Assembly (NCBI GenBank): GCA_965224085.1
Contig: CBDCYI010000004.1
Location: forward strand, 160,001-224,000
Origin: Candidatus Marinacidobacterales bacterium
GTDB lineage: Bacteria; Acidobacteriota; Vicinamibacteria; Marinacidobacterales; SMYC01
Reading direction: 5' to 3'
Length of the DNA: 64,000 bases
In this document: positions 46,891-56,643 of the stretch, piece after piece
Layout: each line of letters begins with the position of its first letter
Numbering within the stretch: the first letter of the stretch is position 1
The notes under the pieces: model-generated
What the model was told of the DNA's origin: nothing
Seen by the model: only the letters and a program-made list of their open reading frames with translations
Databases searched by the model: none
Translations under genes and position numbers: made by a program

Positions 46891-49026
46891 TCAAGACTCC
46901 GTCGTCGCCGAGCTTTCTTCCGGCTCTTTCAAACGAACAGCCCACAAGCCGGAATTGTAGTCCGAGAAAAAAATTACTCCCTTGTAGGGTTGGGCGCCCC
47001 AAACCTGAGGGGAGTTAGGGACGAAACCCTCCGGGTCGAAAGGCAAGAAGCGCGCGATCTCGCGTCCCTGGCGATAGAGGTTTCCCATGAGCTCGCCCGA
47101 GTCGTCGACGACCCGGAGCCCTCCGTTGTAGAAGGCCACGTACATGATGTCGTCCTCGATCCAGATATTATGACTTCCCGCCTCCGGCACTTCGTAGCGT
47201 GCCACGATTTCCGGCTCGCCCGCAGGGTCCCAAGAAAGGATGTGAATCCAGCCGCGCCAGCGCGCCGATTCACCCTCATAGCCGGGCGTTCCGATCCCGA
47301 TCTCTGAGCGCGGGCTGAAGCGTCCCGTGCGAGCGGCCTCGTCTCCTGCAAAGATGTAGAACTTTCCTGTTGAAACACTCTGGTAGGGGTAGATGGCATG
47401 ATTCCACCCGGTCGGGAAAGGGTGGCTTCCCATCTTCACGGGGTTTGTCGGGGAGCCGCCTTGACCTCCGCCCCCGACATCCACGACGACGACGCCATCG
47501 TTCCAATTCGCGGAATAGGCGATGCCGTCTTTGACGATGACGTCATGGATCGAGCGGTCGGGATTATCGAGCGCAAAGCGCCCGACGCGGTGCGGCTTCG
47601 TGGGATCCTCGATACTAATGACGTCGTAGCGCTGTCCGGCCGAGAGCGCATAGACGTGATTGTCGTGAACGTAAATATTGTGGACGCCGCCCGTCAGCTC
47701 GTCATCATAGCGAGACAGGATCCGAATGCCGACCTGTGGCTCGGACACATCGAGGACGACGATGCCGTTTCGTCGATTCGAAGCTCCCTCGCGGCTGATG
47801 ACGGCAATGCGGCCATCTTCTGAAATCTTGACGTCATTGACCGTGCGCGCATCGACGTGGACGGTATCAATGATCACCATGTTGCCCGGGTCGGTCACGT
47901 CCCAGATATAAGCGTGTCCGGCGGCGCGATGCGTACCAGTGATGGCGTAGTCGCGGCCATCCGTGCCTTCCCATACCCAGAGGTCGGATGTCGCGCGGTC
48001 GCTGACTCTACCATGCCCCACGAGCTCGATCTCACGCTGCGCTTCGCGAGCGAGGATGGTGATAGGCTGAAGCGCCACGTGGTTGCCGGAAGTAGCGACG
48101 ATCGTATATTCGCCCGGCAAGTCGGCGACGAAGCGCCCGTGTTGCGCATATTGCCCATATTGTTCGATGAGCCCGGAGCTCGGCCCTCCGCTTGCGAGGA
48201 CATTTGTCCGCCCGTTGAAGCTGAAAAGGACGGGGACGTCCTCGAGTGCGACTCCCGCACCATCCTTTGGCTTGGCGTCGAACCGGACGACGTCTCCGGT
48301 GCGCGCTACAGCGGTCGCGGTCTCGAGCTTCAGGCTGGCTGTCGGGTTCGCGACAACTTCGAAGGCCAGCTCTGCCGTCTTTCCTTCGGCGCTCGCCGAG
48401 AGCGTCGTCGACCCGCGTTTCAGAAAATGGAGGGTGCCCATCGAGTCGACGCGAAAAATCTCGGCGTCGAGACTCTTGAGCTCGGGCTCGAGGTCCCGGC
48501 GGACGTTGCCTGCCTCGTCGGTCAGCCGTGTCGTCACGCGTACGCTCGTTCCGTCGTAGAAACGGGCGGGGACGTCCACGAACTCCACCTTGGCTATGGG
48601 AGGACGGAGCACGGTCAAGGGGATCTCTTTTTGAAGAAAAGCTTCGGCGTCGATTCCGCTTGCGTTCTCGTCTTTCGGAACGCGGACCATGATGCGGTAT
48701 TTGCCTGGCCGCGATGCGGAGACGGTCCCGTCGGGTCGCACGCGAAAGAGATTGAAGCGCCAAGTCCGCTCCTCGAGGTTCCAGAATTGCCCATGGAGCG
48801 GGAGGAAGAGAACGCGCCGATCGAGGGTTTGGCCATCCGCATCTTTCACTGTAGCTTCGAGCTTTGCACTCTCTCCAATTCGTAGCGTGAGCTCGCTCGG
48901 TTCGACGAGGAGCTCCGCGGGCTCACTCTGCGAAGCCGCACTTTGGACGGTCGGCGGCGAGTAAGAGGGGAATCCAAGCGACGAATGACATCGGCGATTA
49001 CCTCCGAAAGGCGGAGCATATCGCAA
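46891..49026 (-). CDS. Ig-like plus LVIVD-repeat beta-propeller protein (start uncertain)
   Basis: Ig-like N-terminus; WDVTDP, LDVSEP, SHNIW, YVAFYNGGLRVVD; no clear signal peptide. Confidence 0.75.
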   Translation of the reverse strand: MRYAPPFGGNRRCHSSLGFPSYSPPTVQSAASQSEPAELLVEPSELTLRIGESAKLEATVKDADGQTLDRRVLFLPLHGQFWNLEERTWRFNLFRVRPDGTVSASRPGKYRIMVRVPKDENASGIDAEAFLQKEIPLTVLRPPIAKVEFVDVPARFYDGTSVRVTTRLTDEAGNVRRDLEPELKSLDAEIFRVDSMGTLHFLKRGSTTLSASAEGKTAELAFEVVANPTASLKLETATAVARTGDVVRFDAKPKDGAGVALEDVPVLFSFNGRTNVLASGGPSSGLIEQYGQYAQHGRFVADLPGEYTIVATSGNHVALQPITILAREAQREIELVGHGRVSDRATSDLWVWEGTDGRDYAITGTHRAAGHAYIWDVTDPGNMVIIDTVHVDARTVNDVKISEDGRIAVISREGASNRRNGIVVLDVSEPQVGIRILSRYDDELTGGVHNIYVHDNHVYALSAGQRYDVISIEDPTKPHRVGRFALDNPDRSIHDVIVKDGIAYSANWNDGVVVVDVGGGGQGGSPTNPVKMGSHPFPTGWNHAIYPYQSVSTGKFYIFAGDEAARTGRFSPRSEIGIGTPGYEGESARWRGWIHILSWDPAGEPEIVARYEVPEAGSHNIWIEDDIMYVAFYNGGLRVVDDSGELMGNLYRQGREIARFLPFDPEGFVPNSPQVWGAQPYKGVIFFSDYNSGLWAVRLKEPEESSATTES

Positions 49027-49043
49027 TTTGCGAGTGGGGTCGT

Positions 49044-49400
49044 TTATCCCCTCTCCAGATACGCTCTCACTTTCGGCAACACCTCGTTCAGGCGGTGCCG
49101 GCTGATCGGAAGGACGACGTCATTCGTGAGGATGAGCCGATAGGTGCGCTTGTCTCGTTCGATGCGTTCGAGATGAAGTGGGTTCACCGCGTGGGATCGA
49201 TGTATGAGCAGGAACGGGGATGGAATTTGCTGGAGCACCTCCTTGAGCGGGAGCGCCACGTCGGTTTTCTTCCAGCCATCGTCGTCACGATAGTGGATAT
49301 AGCAGTAGTGATCGTCCACGCTGAACCGCGTCGACGCGATCCAGACAGAGGCGTCTACCGGGCTAGGAATGATCCCATAGGTAGCGCGGAGGCTCGCCGC
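49044..49400 (-). pseudogene. LytTR DNA-binding domain fragment
   Basis: DHYCYI, FLLIHRSHAVN, LPISRHR; N-terminus missing. Confidence 0.7.
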
Positions 49401-50148
49401 CGCCACCGTCGGAAAACCCTTGGCCGAGCCGGAAACCGTCGGCGTTACGGAAGACGTTCTCGAGCGGTATGTGGGCCTGTACCGCGTCGATGAGAACGCG
49501 AGCCATGTCGTCTCGCTCGAAGACGGACACCTCTATCTTCGCCGCTATGGAGACGAGCACCCGGAAGGTGGTCGGGTAAGGAACCCAGGCCCGAGCGAGA
49601 GGCTGAACCGCGTACGCGCCGAGCTTTGGCCGAGCTCGGAAAGCACGTTCTTCCTAAAAGATTCTCCGCTGTCCGTGCGGTTCGAAGACGACGCGCTCGT
49701 CGTCGAGGGTGGGGGCCGGGCGGAGCGTGCACTGAAGCTAGACCTTCCCATTGATGACAGGTCGGTCATTCTAACAACGGTGCAAAAACTCTTCGACGGC
49801 ATGACGGCTCTCGACACCGACGCGATGCGCTCCGTACTCGATCCGGAGGCGCGTCTCGTACACACGTTCACGCGCGACGGCGTTCCCGGCATGCGCGCGG
49901 TCTCGATGAAAGACTTCTTGTAGAACATCGCGAGCCACACCGGGCCGACGCTCGTCGAGCGTAGTTACGACGCCGAGGTGCGCGTCGAAGACAACCTCGC
50001 CACCGTGTGGCTCGCCTATGATTTCTTCGTGGGCGACGAGCTCGACCATTGCGGCGAAGACACGTTCCAGCTAGCGCGCACGAGCCTCGGTTGGAAGATC
50101 ATCGCCATCGCCGACACGCGGCGGGACGAAGGCTGCGAGCGAAGATGA
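49400..50148 (+). pseudogene. C-terminal gene fragment (DUF3471-like plus NTF2-like) with in-frame TAG at 49921
   Basis: LERYVGLY, SESTFFLK; frame continues past TAG: VRVEDNLATVW..HCGEDTFQL..GWKI...*. Confidence 0.65.
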
Positions 50149-50180
50149 AACCCATAAGAGCGTCGCGCTCGCCCGATTGA

Positions 50181-50825
50181 CTAGGGGCTCGCTCCCGCCT
50201 GTCGAAGGAGCTGGCCCACGTCCGAATGACCCCGTTCTTCGGCCGCTTTGAGCGCCGTCCACCCGTTCGACGCGCGCGCGTCAACATCGGCGCCATGCGA
50301 CAGGAGATCGCGCACGAGCGCCGAGCTCCCGTAGCGAGAGGCCTCGATGAGAGGAGAGTTCCCCGTCTTCGAGGCGAGATTCGGATCCGCACCGTTATCG
50401 AGAAGAAGCTTCGCGACATCGACCCGCCCCTTGCCTGCCATCAAGAGAAGAGTCGTCCGCCCACGGGTATCGCGCGCGTCGACCGAAGCACCACGCTCGA
50501 CGAGCATGCGGACAACCTCATCGTGCTCGGCAACAGCCGCAACTATCAGCGCCGTCGACCCGTCACTCCGACGCCCATTGACATTCGCCCCCTGCTCGAG
50601 AAGCTCCCGTACGCGAGCACCATCCCCTGAAGAAGCGGCTTCGAGTAGCGAAAGCTCGAGCGCGGTCGTATCCGACGGCGCGAGCGAAACGCTAGAGGAG
50701 CCGACCGAATCGGTAATCGACTCGACCCCTGCCGAAACGTCATCCAAAGCCTCTTCCATCTCCGAAGGAAAGAGGTAGAAGAGTGCAAGAAGAACAATCG
50801 CAACAAGGAGCAGGATTTTGAGCAT
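50181..50825 (-). CDS. Membrane-anchored ankyrin-repeat protein
   Basis: N-terminal TM; GANVN, GSTALI, GADPN, GNSPL, GWTAL repeats. Confidence 0.9.
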   Translation of the reverse strand: MLKILLLVAIVLLALFYLFPSEMEEALDDVSAGVESITDSVGSSSVSLAPSDTTALELSLLEAASSGDGARVRELLEQGANVNGRRSDGSTALIVAAVAEHDEVVRMLVERGASVDARDTRGRTTLLLMAGKGRVDVAKLLLDNGADPNLASKTGNSPLIEASRYGSSALVRDLLSHGADVDARASNGWTALKAAEERGHSDVGQLLRQAGASP

Positions 50826-50830
50826 AACGG

Positions 50831-51211
50831 CTACCAATGCCAAGCGTGGTCGTAGCCGCTGATGAGCTCGGCGACATCGCTTCTCGATACCATCTTCAGA
50901 CCGTCGATGAGCGAGGACGCCTCGATGCCGCGCTCCGCGACGTCTTCCTCGATGATGTAGACGTCCACGCCTTTGCCGATGAGCTTTTCCACGTCTTCCG
51001 CGAGCTCGGGCGGTTTTGTCTGCGACACGGCGCCAAAGCTGAGACCCGAAGCATCCTGCCCTTTGACTCCGTAGTTGACCGCATTGCCACGCAGCAAGAC
51101 GTCGAGCTCGGCGCCCGCGCCTTTCATCGCGTGCGTGAGCCAGACGATCGTGTCGTCCTGCTCTTCGAGGGTGGCCCGATAGGCCGTCTCTATAATATTG
51201 ATGGCTTTCAT
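50831..51211 (-). CDS. DsrE/DsrF-like protein
   Basis: AYRATLEEQDD, LLRGNAVNY, EDVAERGI. Confidence 0.7.
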   Translation of the reverse strand: MKAINIIETAYRATLEEQDDTIVWLTHAMKGAGAELDVLLRGNAVNYGVKGQDASGLSFGAVSQTKPPELAEDVEKLIGKGVDVYIIEEDVAERGIEASSLIDGLKMVSRSDVAELISGYDHAWHW

Positions 51212-51222
51212 GGCTTCTCCCC

Positions 51223-51636
51223 CTACTTTGTCGGGATGACGAGCGTATTGTCCGAAGCGCTCGCCATCTTCCAAAGATCGCCCGGCGTACCACGGCGCAC
51301 ACCTTGAACAGCCTCGGCGACGCCACGCTCGTCAACGCAAAGCCCACAATTGACCCAGTCGATCTTGCCACCGTTTTTTTGCGCCTCTAGAATCAACGCC
51401 GCGACCCACTTGTGAGGCAGCGGATGATCTTCTTCGTCAGCGTCGTGGCCGTGAACCGCGTTGGCGTGTCCCGACTGCTTGGTGAAAGGAAGGCCAACCG
51501 CGCCCTCGTAGGCGAAAACGTTGATGTCATAGCCGCGGCTCGCCGCCACGTGCATGAGACGTAGCACGGTCGTGCTGCGGGCGTTCTCGAAGGGCGGATC
51601 CATGATAGCGAAGGTAAGTGTTTTCTTTTCGCTCAT
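51223..51636 (-). CDS. DsrE/TusD-like sulfur-transfer protein
   Basis: MDPPFE, VFAYEGAV, NCGLCVDERG (conserved Cys region). Confidence 0.75.
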   Translation of the reverse strand: MSEKKTLTFAIMDPPFENARSTTVLRLMHVAASRGYDINVFAYEGAVGLPFTKQSGHANAVHGHDADEEDHPLPHKWVAALILEAQKNGGKIDWVNCGLCVDERGVAEAVQGVRRGTPGDLWKMASASDNTLVIPTK

Positions 51637-51648
51637 CTCGGCCCCCCG

Positions 51649-51975
51649 TTAGTGCCACATGGCCTTGCGGCCCTCAGCGAGTTGATCCACGATGGTGTCG
51701 ATGGGCGCGGGCTTGACCGCGTCAAGAAGGCTCGCTTCCGCGATTCCCCGCTCGCGCAGTGAGAAATCATCCGCAAGCACTTCGACGCCCGCGGCCGCCA
51801 CGTCCGACAGCGCGCCGCTCATAGCACCCGGGCGCGCTGGAAACACACCGTTTTGGATCAAGAACAAAGTGACGTCATTCCCCGCCTTGGCTAAATCCTT
51901 GGCCAAGTCGTAGCAGAACCCGACATCCTGTGAGTCGTAGGGATCCCGCGACTCGATGAGAAGGTATTTAGCCAT
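51649..51975 (-). CDS. DsrE/DsrH(TusB)-like protein
   Basis: LFLIQNGV, ADDFSLRERGI; GAGGGAGG RBS. Confidence 0.7.
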   Translation of the reverse strand: MAKYLLIESRDPYDSQDVGFCYDLAKDLAKAGNDVTLFLIQNGVFPARPGAMSGALSDVAAAGVEVLADDFSLRERGIAEASLLDAVKPAPIDTIVDQLAEGRKAMWH

Positions 51976-52434
51976 CGTCTTCCCTCCCTCGACGAAACAG
52001 ATGGAATGAATGGGGCGAGAAAGTTACCACGGAATTTCTCTCCACGACCAAGAATCTCTCACGAAACCGGGCGCGTGTAAGCGCGCTAACAGGCTCTTCC
52101 CAAAAGCCCTTCTCTCTCAATGCATTTTATTGAATGAAAAATCAAACAATTGAAGTATGTTTACGGCCGACGGAGGGTGGTACCCCAATGTTGCCAAAAA
52201 CCCGGTTTCGGCGGTGTGTAGCGCTAGCCACGATCGCCACGCTTGCCTACCCGAGTGCCCGGCTCCACGGCCTCGTTGCAGCTGTTGTGGAGTGACCAGA
52301 GCAAACTCCTGAAAGACAAACTCGTCGCGCGCGGCTATGAAACGATGACCCGTGAGGTCGCGGCGATCCTCGCCAATGCCGGGATCAAGGTCTCCTGGTC
52401 TCCGCTCACGCAGGCTCTCGACAGCAAAAGCATT

Positions 52435-52912
52435 CCAAGCCGAAGGTAGCGATCGCAATCCCTCCCACGGAAGAAACAGGAGCCCGCTCCAACCGTCTTC
52501 ACGGCGAAAGACTCGCGTCGAGAGTCCGACGAGCTCCCAGGCAAGGTCCATCTTTTTGTCGGGAGATCCCTGGATCATGCGCACGTCGCAGGTGACGTTG
52601 GCCGGGCTCAGCTCGACCTCGGCGTAATGCGTCCCCGAGCCGTCGAGGATCAAGAAAGATCTCCACGACCTCTTCATTCCAAAGTGGGTCGTCACGTTTT
52701 TTCATCGTGTGCCACGGATCGGGATCGCGCACATCGAAACGGAGATGAACGCCACCCAGGGTCTCGGGCGTCCAGAGCGCGCGAAAGCTGGTACGGTAGG
52801 CGGCAGGGCCCCAAATAATGCGGTCTGCCTCACGCCAAATCTCGTCCTCGCCCGTGAGTAAAGAGGCGGACGAAGCGTCAGTGCTTCGAACGAAATATTG
52901 TCCCTCAGCCAT
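52435..52912 (-). pseudogene. CBM9-like carbohydrate-binding protein, frameshifted and truncated
   Basis: RDDPLWNEEVVEIFLDP / DGSGTHYAEVELSPAN in different frames; 3' end replaced. Confidence 0.7.
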
Positions 52913-52928
52913 GGGCGAATTCTACACT

Positions 52929-52971
52929 TCAACGCCCTTCAACGCCGGTCAACGCCAGTCAACGCCAGTCA
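52929..52971. repeat. 10-bp tandem repeat x4 (TCAACGCCNN), intergenic
   Basis: Seen directly. Confidence 0.8.
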
Positions 52972-55032
52972 TCGGATGCTACGGAACAGATTGGAAAAGT
53001 CGTCCGTCCAGAGAAAGTCTTCAAGACGCGTAGCCACGTCCGCGCGTCGCGGCGTCCACAACGATTGAAGCTCTGGGTCGGAGAGAAACGCGCCATTCGT
53101 CGTCACCAACATCCAATCGGACACGAAGAGACCTCTTTCTTCGTCCGCATCGCTCTCGACAAGGACCGCGACGAGATTCATGGCCTCCGCCCGGGCGCGA
53201 ATGACAGGCTTGAGATCGAAATGAAGGTTGGAGACGTGAATCGCAAGAATGCCGTCGGGCGCGAGATGCTGCTCGTAAATGACGAAGGCCTCTTCCGTCA
53301 ACAAGTGAACGGGGATCGCGTCGCCGTTGAAGGCATCGACGATGAGAATGTCGAGCTCGAGACTACCGTGCTCGCGAAGCTCGCGTTCCAAAAGAAGACG
53401 CCCGTCACCCGTCTCGATCGCGACCGCGGCCGGTGTGTCTTCGAGATAGTAGAAGTACTCGCGCGCAACATCGACGACGTCGGGGTTGATCTCGTAGAAG
53501 CGCCACTGGTCTCCGCCTCGAGCGAACAATGCGACGCTTCCCGTGCCGAGGCCGACTACGGCGATATGGCGACCCTGTTCAGCCTGTTCAGCCTGTTCAG
53601 CCGGTTCGGCTTCACCGTATCGAAGCGCGAGACCCACCCCCGTTTGCCGACCATAGTAAAGGATAGGGGTCTGTCGTCGGCCGGGCGCCAAGAATTGGCC
53701 TCCATGCGCGATCGGCCCGTTCCACAAATACCGCCGCCAGTCCCTAGAGCCCCGAGAGTGCTCGTAGACGCGGACGACGCCAAAGAAGCTTCGCCGCATC
53801 GTCAGCGCGCCGACGCTGTGCAAACGGACATAGCTCCCGAGAAACACGACGAGCGCAATGCCGCCGCCCAGCCAATAGAGCCGCTCACGTCCCGCAAACG
53901 GCATGGCGGAGCCGCCGAGCAGGTAGACGGCTGCGAGCCCAAGAGGATATTCCCAGTAGCCATCGAAGAGCTCAGGCGCAACGAGGCTCACGAGCGTGCC
54001 TCCAAGAACCCCGCCCGCGGCAACATAGAGATAGAAGGAGGTGAGCCGCTCGGCGCGTGGACGACGCCGGGCTAGCTCGCCGTGGCACACCATGCAGCCC
54101 GAGAGAAGGTTGACAGAATAGACGACGAACTGAAGATACAGGTCGGGCTCCGTCGCCTGCGCGAGCAACTCGAGCACGCCCAAAAGAGAACCGACGAAAA
54201 GCGGCGCCCAGAGCCAGCGCACGTACCAGCGATCGCGCTCGAAGGACACGACGAAAGAAAGGAGATACAAGCTCAGCGGCAACACCCAGAGAAACGGCAC
54301 CGCCGCGACGTTGCGCGTGAGCTGATTCGACGTCGCCATCAGCAGAATCGACCCTGTTGCAGAGAGGCCGAGCCACATGACTCGCTCGAGCCTGTCGCCT
54401 TCGGCCAAGGCGTCCGCTTTCTTGATTGGTGCCATCGGGGCCGCGTTTGCCCGAGCGGCACGGAGTGCACCGACCGCAGCGAAAAGCGCGAAAACGACAT
54501 AGCCAACCGACCACGCGCGAAGTTGAAAAGCGACCGTGGTCCATGGCTCGAGCAGGAACGGATAACTCCAGAGCCCGAGGAGCGAGCCGAGATTCGACAG
54601 CGCGAAGAGCCGATACACGCTCGACCCACCCGCCTCCGTTACCGTCCTCGAGGCCCAACGCTGCAGAAGCGGATTCGTCGCGGACAAAATCACGAGAGGC
54701 AAGCCCAAGCTCGCGGCGAGAGTCCACAAGATCGTGGTCGTGGGATTAGACGAGGCCGCGTCGACGGGCTCAGCCGGGTCGAGGGGCAGAAAGAGGAACG
54801 CCAAAACGAGAAGGGCTCCATGCAAGAGCGATTGCCTCCGGGCGTCGAGATAGCGGCTCGAAAGATGTGCATAGACATAGCCGGCGAGCAGCACGGCTTG
54901 AAAAAACAATAGCGCGACAATCCAAACTGTCGGGCTTCCACCGAACCACGGGAGAAGTTTTCGCGCAACGAGCGGCTGGACGACGAAGAGAAGCAAGGCG
55001 CTCCAGAAAATGGTGGTCCCAGTGACGATCAT
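52969..55032 (-). CDS. Fused membrane/spermidine synthase-like SAM-dependent protein
   Basis: LLPWFGGSPTVW, CHGEL, VVGLGTG, YEINP, VDAFNGDAIPVHL, WTDDFSNL. Confidence 0.9.
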   Translation of the reverse strand: MIVTGTTIFWSALLLFVVQPLVARKLLPWFGGSPTVWIVALLFFQAVLLAGYVYAHLSSRYLDARRQSLLHGALLVLAFLFLPLDPAEPVDAASSNPTTTILWTLAASLGLPLVILSATNPLLQRWASRTVTEAGGSSVYRLFALSNLGSLLGLWSYPFLLEPWTTVAFQLRAWSVGYVVFALFAAVGALRAARANAAPMAPIKKADALAEGDRLERVMWLGLSATGSILLMATSNQLTRNVAAVPFLWVLPLSLYLLSFVVSFERDRWYVRWLWAPLFVGSLLGVLELLAQATEPDLYLQFVVYSVNLLSGCMVCHGELARRRPRAERLTSFYLYVAAGGVLGGTLVSLVAPELFDGYWEYPLGLAAVYLLGGSAMPFAGRERLYWLGGGIALVVFLGSYVRLHSVGALTMRRSFFGVVRVYEHSRGSRDWRRYLWNGPIAHGGQFLAPGRRQTPILYYGRQTGVGLALRYGEAEPAEQAEQAEQGRHIAVVGLGTGSVALFARGGDQWRFYEINPDVVDVAREYFYYLEDTPAAVAIETGDGRLLLERELREHGSLELDILIVDAFNGDAIPVHLLTEEAFVIYEQHLAPDGILAIHVSNLHFDLKPVIRARAEAMNLVAVLVESDADEERGLFVSDWMLVTTNGAFLSDPELQSLWTPRRADVATRLEDFLWTDDFSNLFRSIR

Positions 55033-55075
55033 CTATAATGGGACGTTACAATACTTTTGAGGCAAAGCGAGATCC

Positions 55076-55642
55076 ATGGGAAAGAAACGAAAGAAGAAAG
55101 TCGAAACGCAAGCGCCGCAAGAGACTGCGGCGCCAGACAATAGCAGCACTGCCGGCCGCTGGATGGCCATCATGCTGTTGGTGCTCGGAAGCGGTGTCTT
55201 CCTGTACGCGCTCACGACGGACGGGCCGCCCGCTCCAGCGAACGACCACGCGGGCCGTACGGCTCCCCCTGTCACGACGCAGCGTGACCCGGGGCAAATC
55301 CATCAGTACCGCTATTTCGAAAATCCCGACGCGGCACAGCCTCTCCCGGTGACATTGCCGCCGAGCCAGTTCCAGAATGCGGGCATCGCCAACTCCTATG
55401 CCATCGCGAAGGAGATTCCCGTGGTCCTCGCCCAACAGCCTTGCCTGTGCGGCTGCGACAACACCTCCGACGACCACCGGAGCCTTTTGGACTGCTACAT
55501 CGACGATCACGCCTCGACGTGCATGGTCTGCATGAAGGAAGCCGTCTACGCAAGCGAAATGACCGAGGCGGGCGAGTCAGCCGAGTGGATCCGCGACGCG
55601 ATTCTACGGAACGAGTTCGCCGGCACGAATATCGGGAATTAA
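55076..55642 (+). CDS. PCYCGC-motif protein
   Basis: TM anchor; QPCLCGC, HRSLLDCY, HASTCMVC. Confidence 0.8.
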   Translation: MGKKRKKKVETQAPQETAAPDNSSTAGRWMAIMLLVLGSGVFLYALTTDGPPAPANDHAGRTAPPVTTQRDPGQIHQYRYFENPDAAQPLPVTLPPSQFQNAGIANSYAIAKEIPVVLAQQPCLCGCDNTSDDHRSLLDCYIDDHASTCMVCMKEAVYASEMTEAGESAEWIRDAILRNEFAGTNIGN

Positions 55643-55646
55643 ATCA

Positions 55647-55880
55647 TCACGGCGTGTACCAGATCGGCGAGGTGTAGGCTCGTTCCTGAGTGGTCATGGG
55701 CACCTCATCCGGCATCTGGATGCCAAATCGGACCGCCTCGTACGCCGTCCAGCGCGGCGTCGGAATCTCGATAACACGCGCATAGTAGAAAGCGCGCTCA
55801 CCTGGATCGAACGCGGGATCCTTCCAGACGGTAATCAGCTCGGAATCGCCGATGGTGTTGCTCCAGGTGGCGCGCTCGAT
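55647..55880 (-). pseudogene. DUF3604 C-terminal fragment
   Basis: [42 protein letters not shown]; paralogous to the end of 58534-61188. Confidence 0.8.
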
Positions 55881-55884
55881 ATCT

Positions 55885-55968
55885 ATGGTCGGCCTGCTCG
55901 AAGAGGTCGAAGCAAAGCAGCCCCGCAAGCGCGGACCCTACAAAAAGAAGTCCGCGGTAGTGGCCTAA
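55885..55968 (+). pseudogene. Possible IS1-like transposase C-terminal tail
   Basis: [19 protein letters not shown]; recalled motif only. Confidence 0.45.
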
Positions 55969-56643
55969 TTTTGAAATTAGGGACCACGGTATCACTCTCC
56001 GCCGAAGTGACGCTTCTCAGGGGGCAGCGACCTCGACCACAAAAACAAGCTCTTTTTCGCCGGATACGGCCGTGATCTCCCAGCAACCCGGCGTTGGAAA
56101 GTACAAACGATTCGGTTCGAATCCCTTCTTAAGATACGAAGCATTGGGCTCGACTCTGAAGGGCGGCGCATCCCCATCGAGGCGACGGCCGCTGATCTCC
56201 ATTTCCAGATCTGGCGGCTTGATCCACATGATTCGATTGCCTCTCTCACCAGAGGAAAGCGGCTGCCATGCGGCCCAGAGACTCCGGTCCTCATTCAGGT
56301 ACCACGGCCCGCTTCCGAACGGATCGGCACTCGGGTCATCGGGCGGCACGTCCTTGATGGGCTTAGTTGGGTGGCACTGGAGCCTGAATTCTGGAACATA
56401 CGGAAAAACATTCTGTGGAGCGCCGTTCTGAATTAGAGAGGAACCCGTTGTGGCGAAACAGAGGAGACTCAGAGTCAATGCCGACGGAATCTCTCTCAAA
56501 GACATGAACGCCCTCCTTGGGTTCACATTCTGCAGATATCGTAGCACGTCTCGCGTCTTTGTGACTCTGACCACTGGCGGGGTGTTGACAGTCACGGGGC
56601 ACGGGTTTGGTAACACCCGCCAATTTCAAAAGACCCCACTACC
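55956..56643. mobile_element. TIR-bounded cassette without transposase (IS1-like GGTAGTG ends)
   Basis: GGTAGTGGCCTAATTTTGAAATT ... AATTTCAAAAGACCCCACTACC; lower GC; no direct repeat found. Confidence 0.65.
56017..56508 (-). CDS. Hypothetical exported protein (cassette cargo; start uncertain)
   Basis: Signal-like N-terminus; ISGRRLDG, LYFPTPGCWEITA. Confidence 0.6.
   Translation of the reverse strand, partial: FMSLREIPSALTLSLLCFATTGSSLIQNGAPQNVFPYVPEFRLQCHPTKPIKDVPPDDPSADPFGSGPWYLNEDRSLWAAWQPLSSGERGNRIMWIKPPDLEMEISGRRLDGDAPPFRVEPNASYLKKGFEPNRLYFPTPGCWEITAVSGEKELVFVVEVAAP

Noticed and set aside
49921-49923. In-frame TAG as possible pyrrolysine or readthrough codon
   Set aside because: The gene is already 5' truncated, other genes use TAG as a stop and no pyl genes are seen; a nonsense mutation is simpler.
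50181-51371. 396-aa version of the ankyrin ORF
   Set aside because: The extension overlaps two DsrE-like genes; the likely start is 50825 (MLKILLL).
52929-52971. CRISPR-like array here or elsewhere
   Set aside because: Units are 6-15 bp with no spacers, and there are no cas genes.
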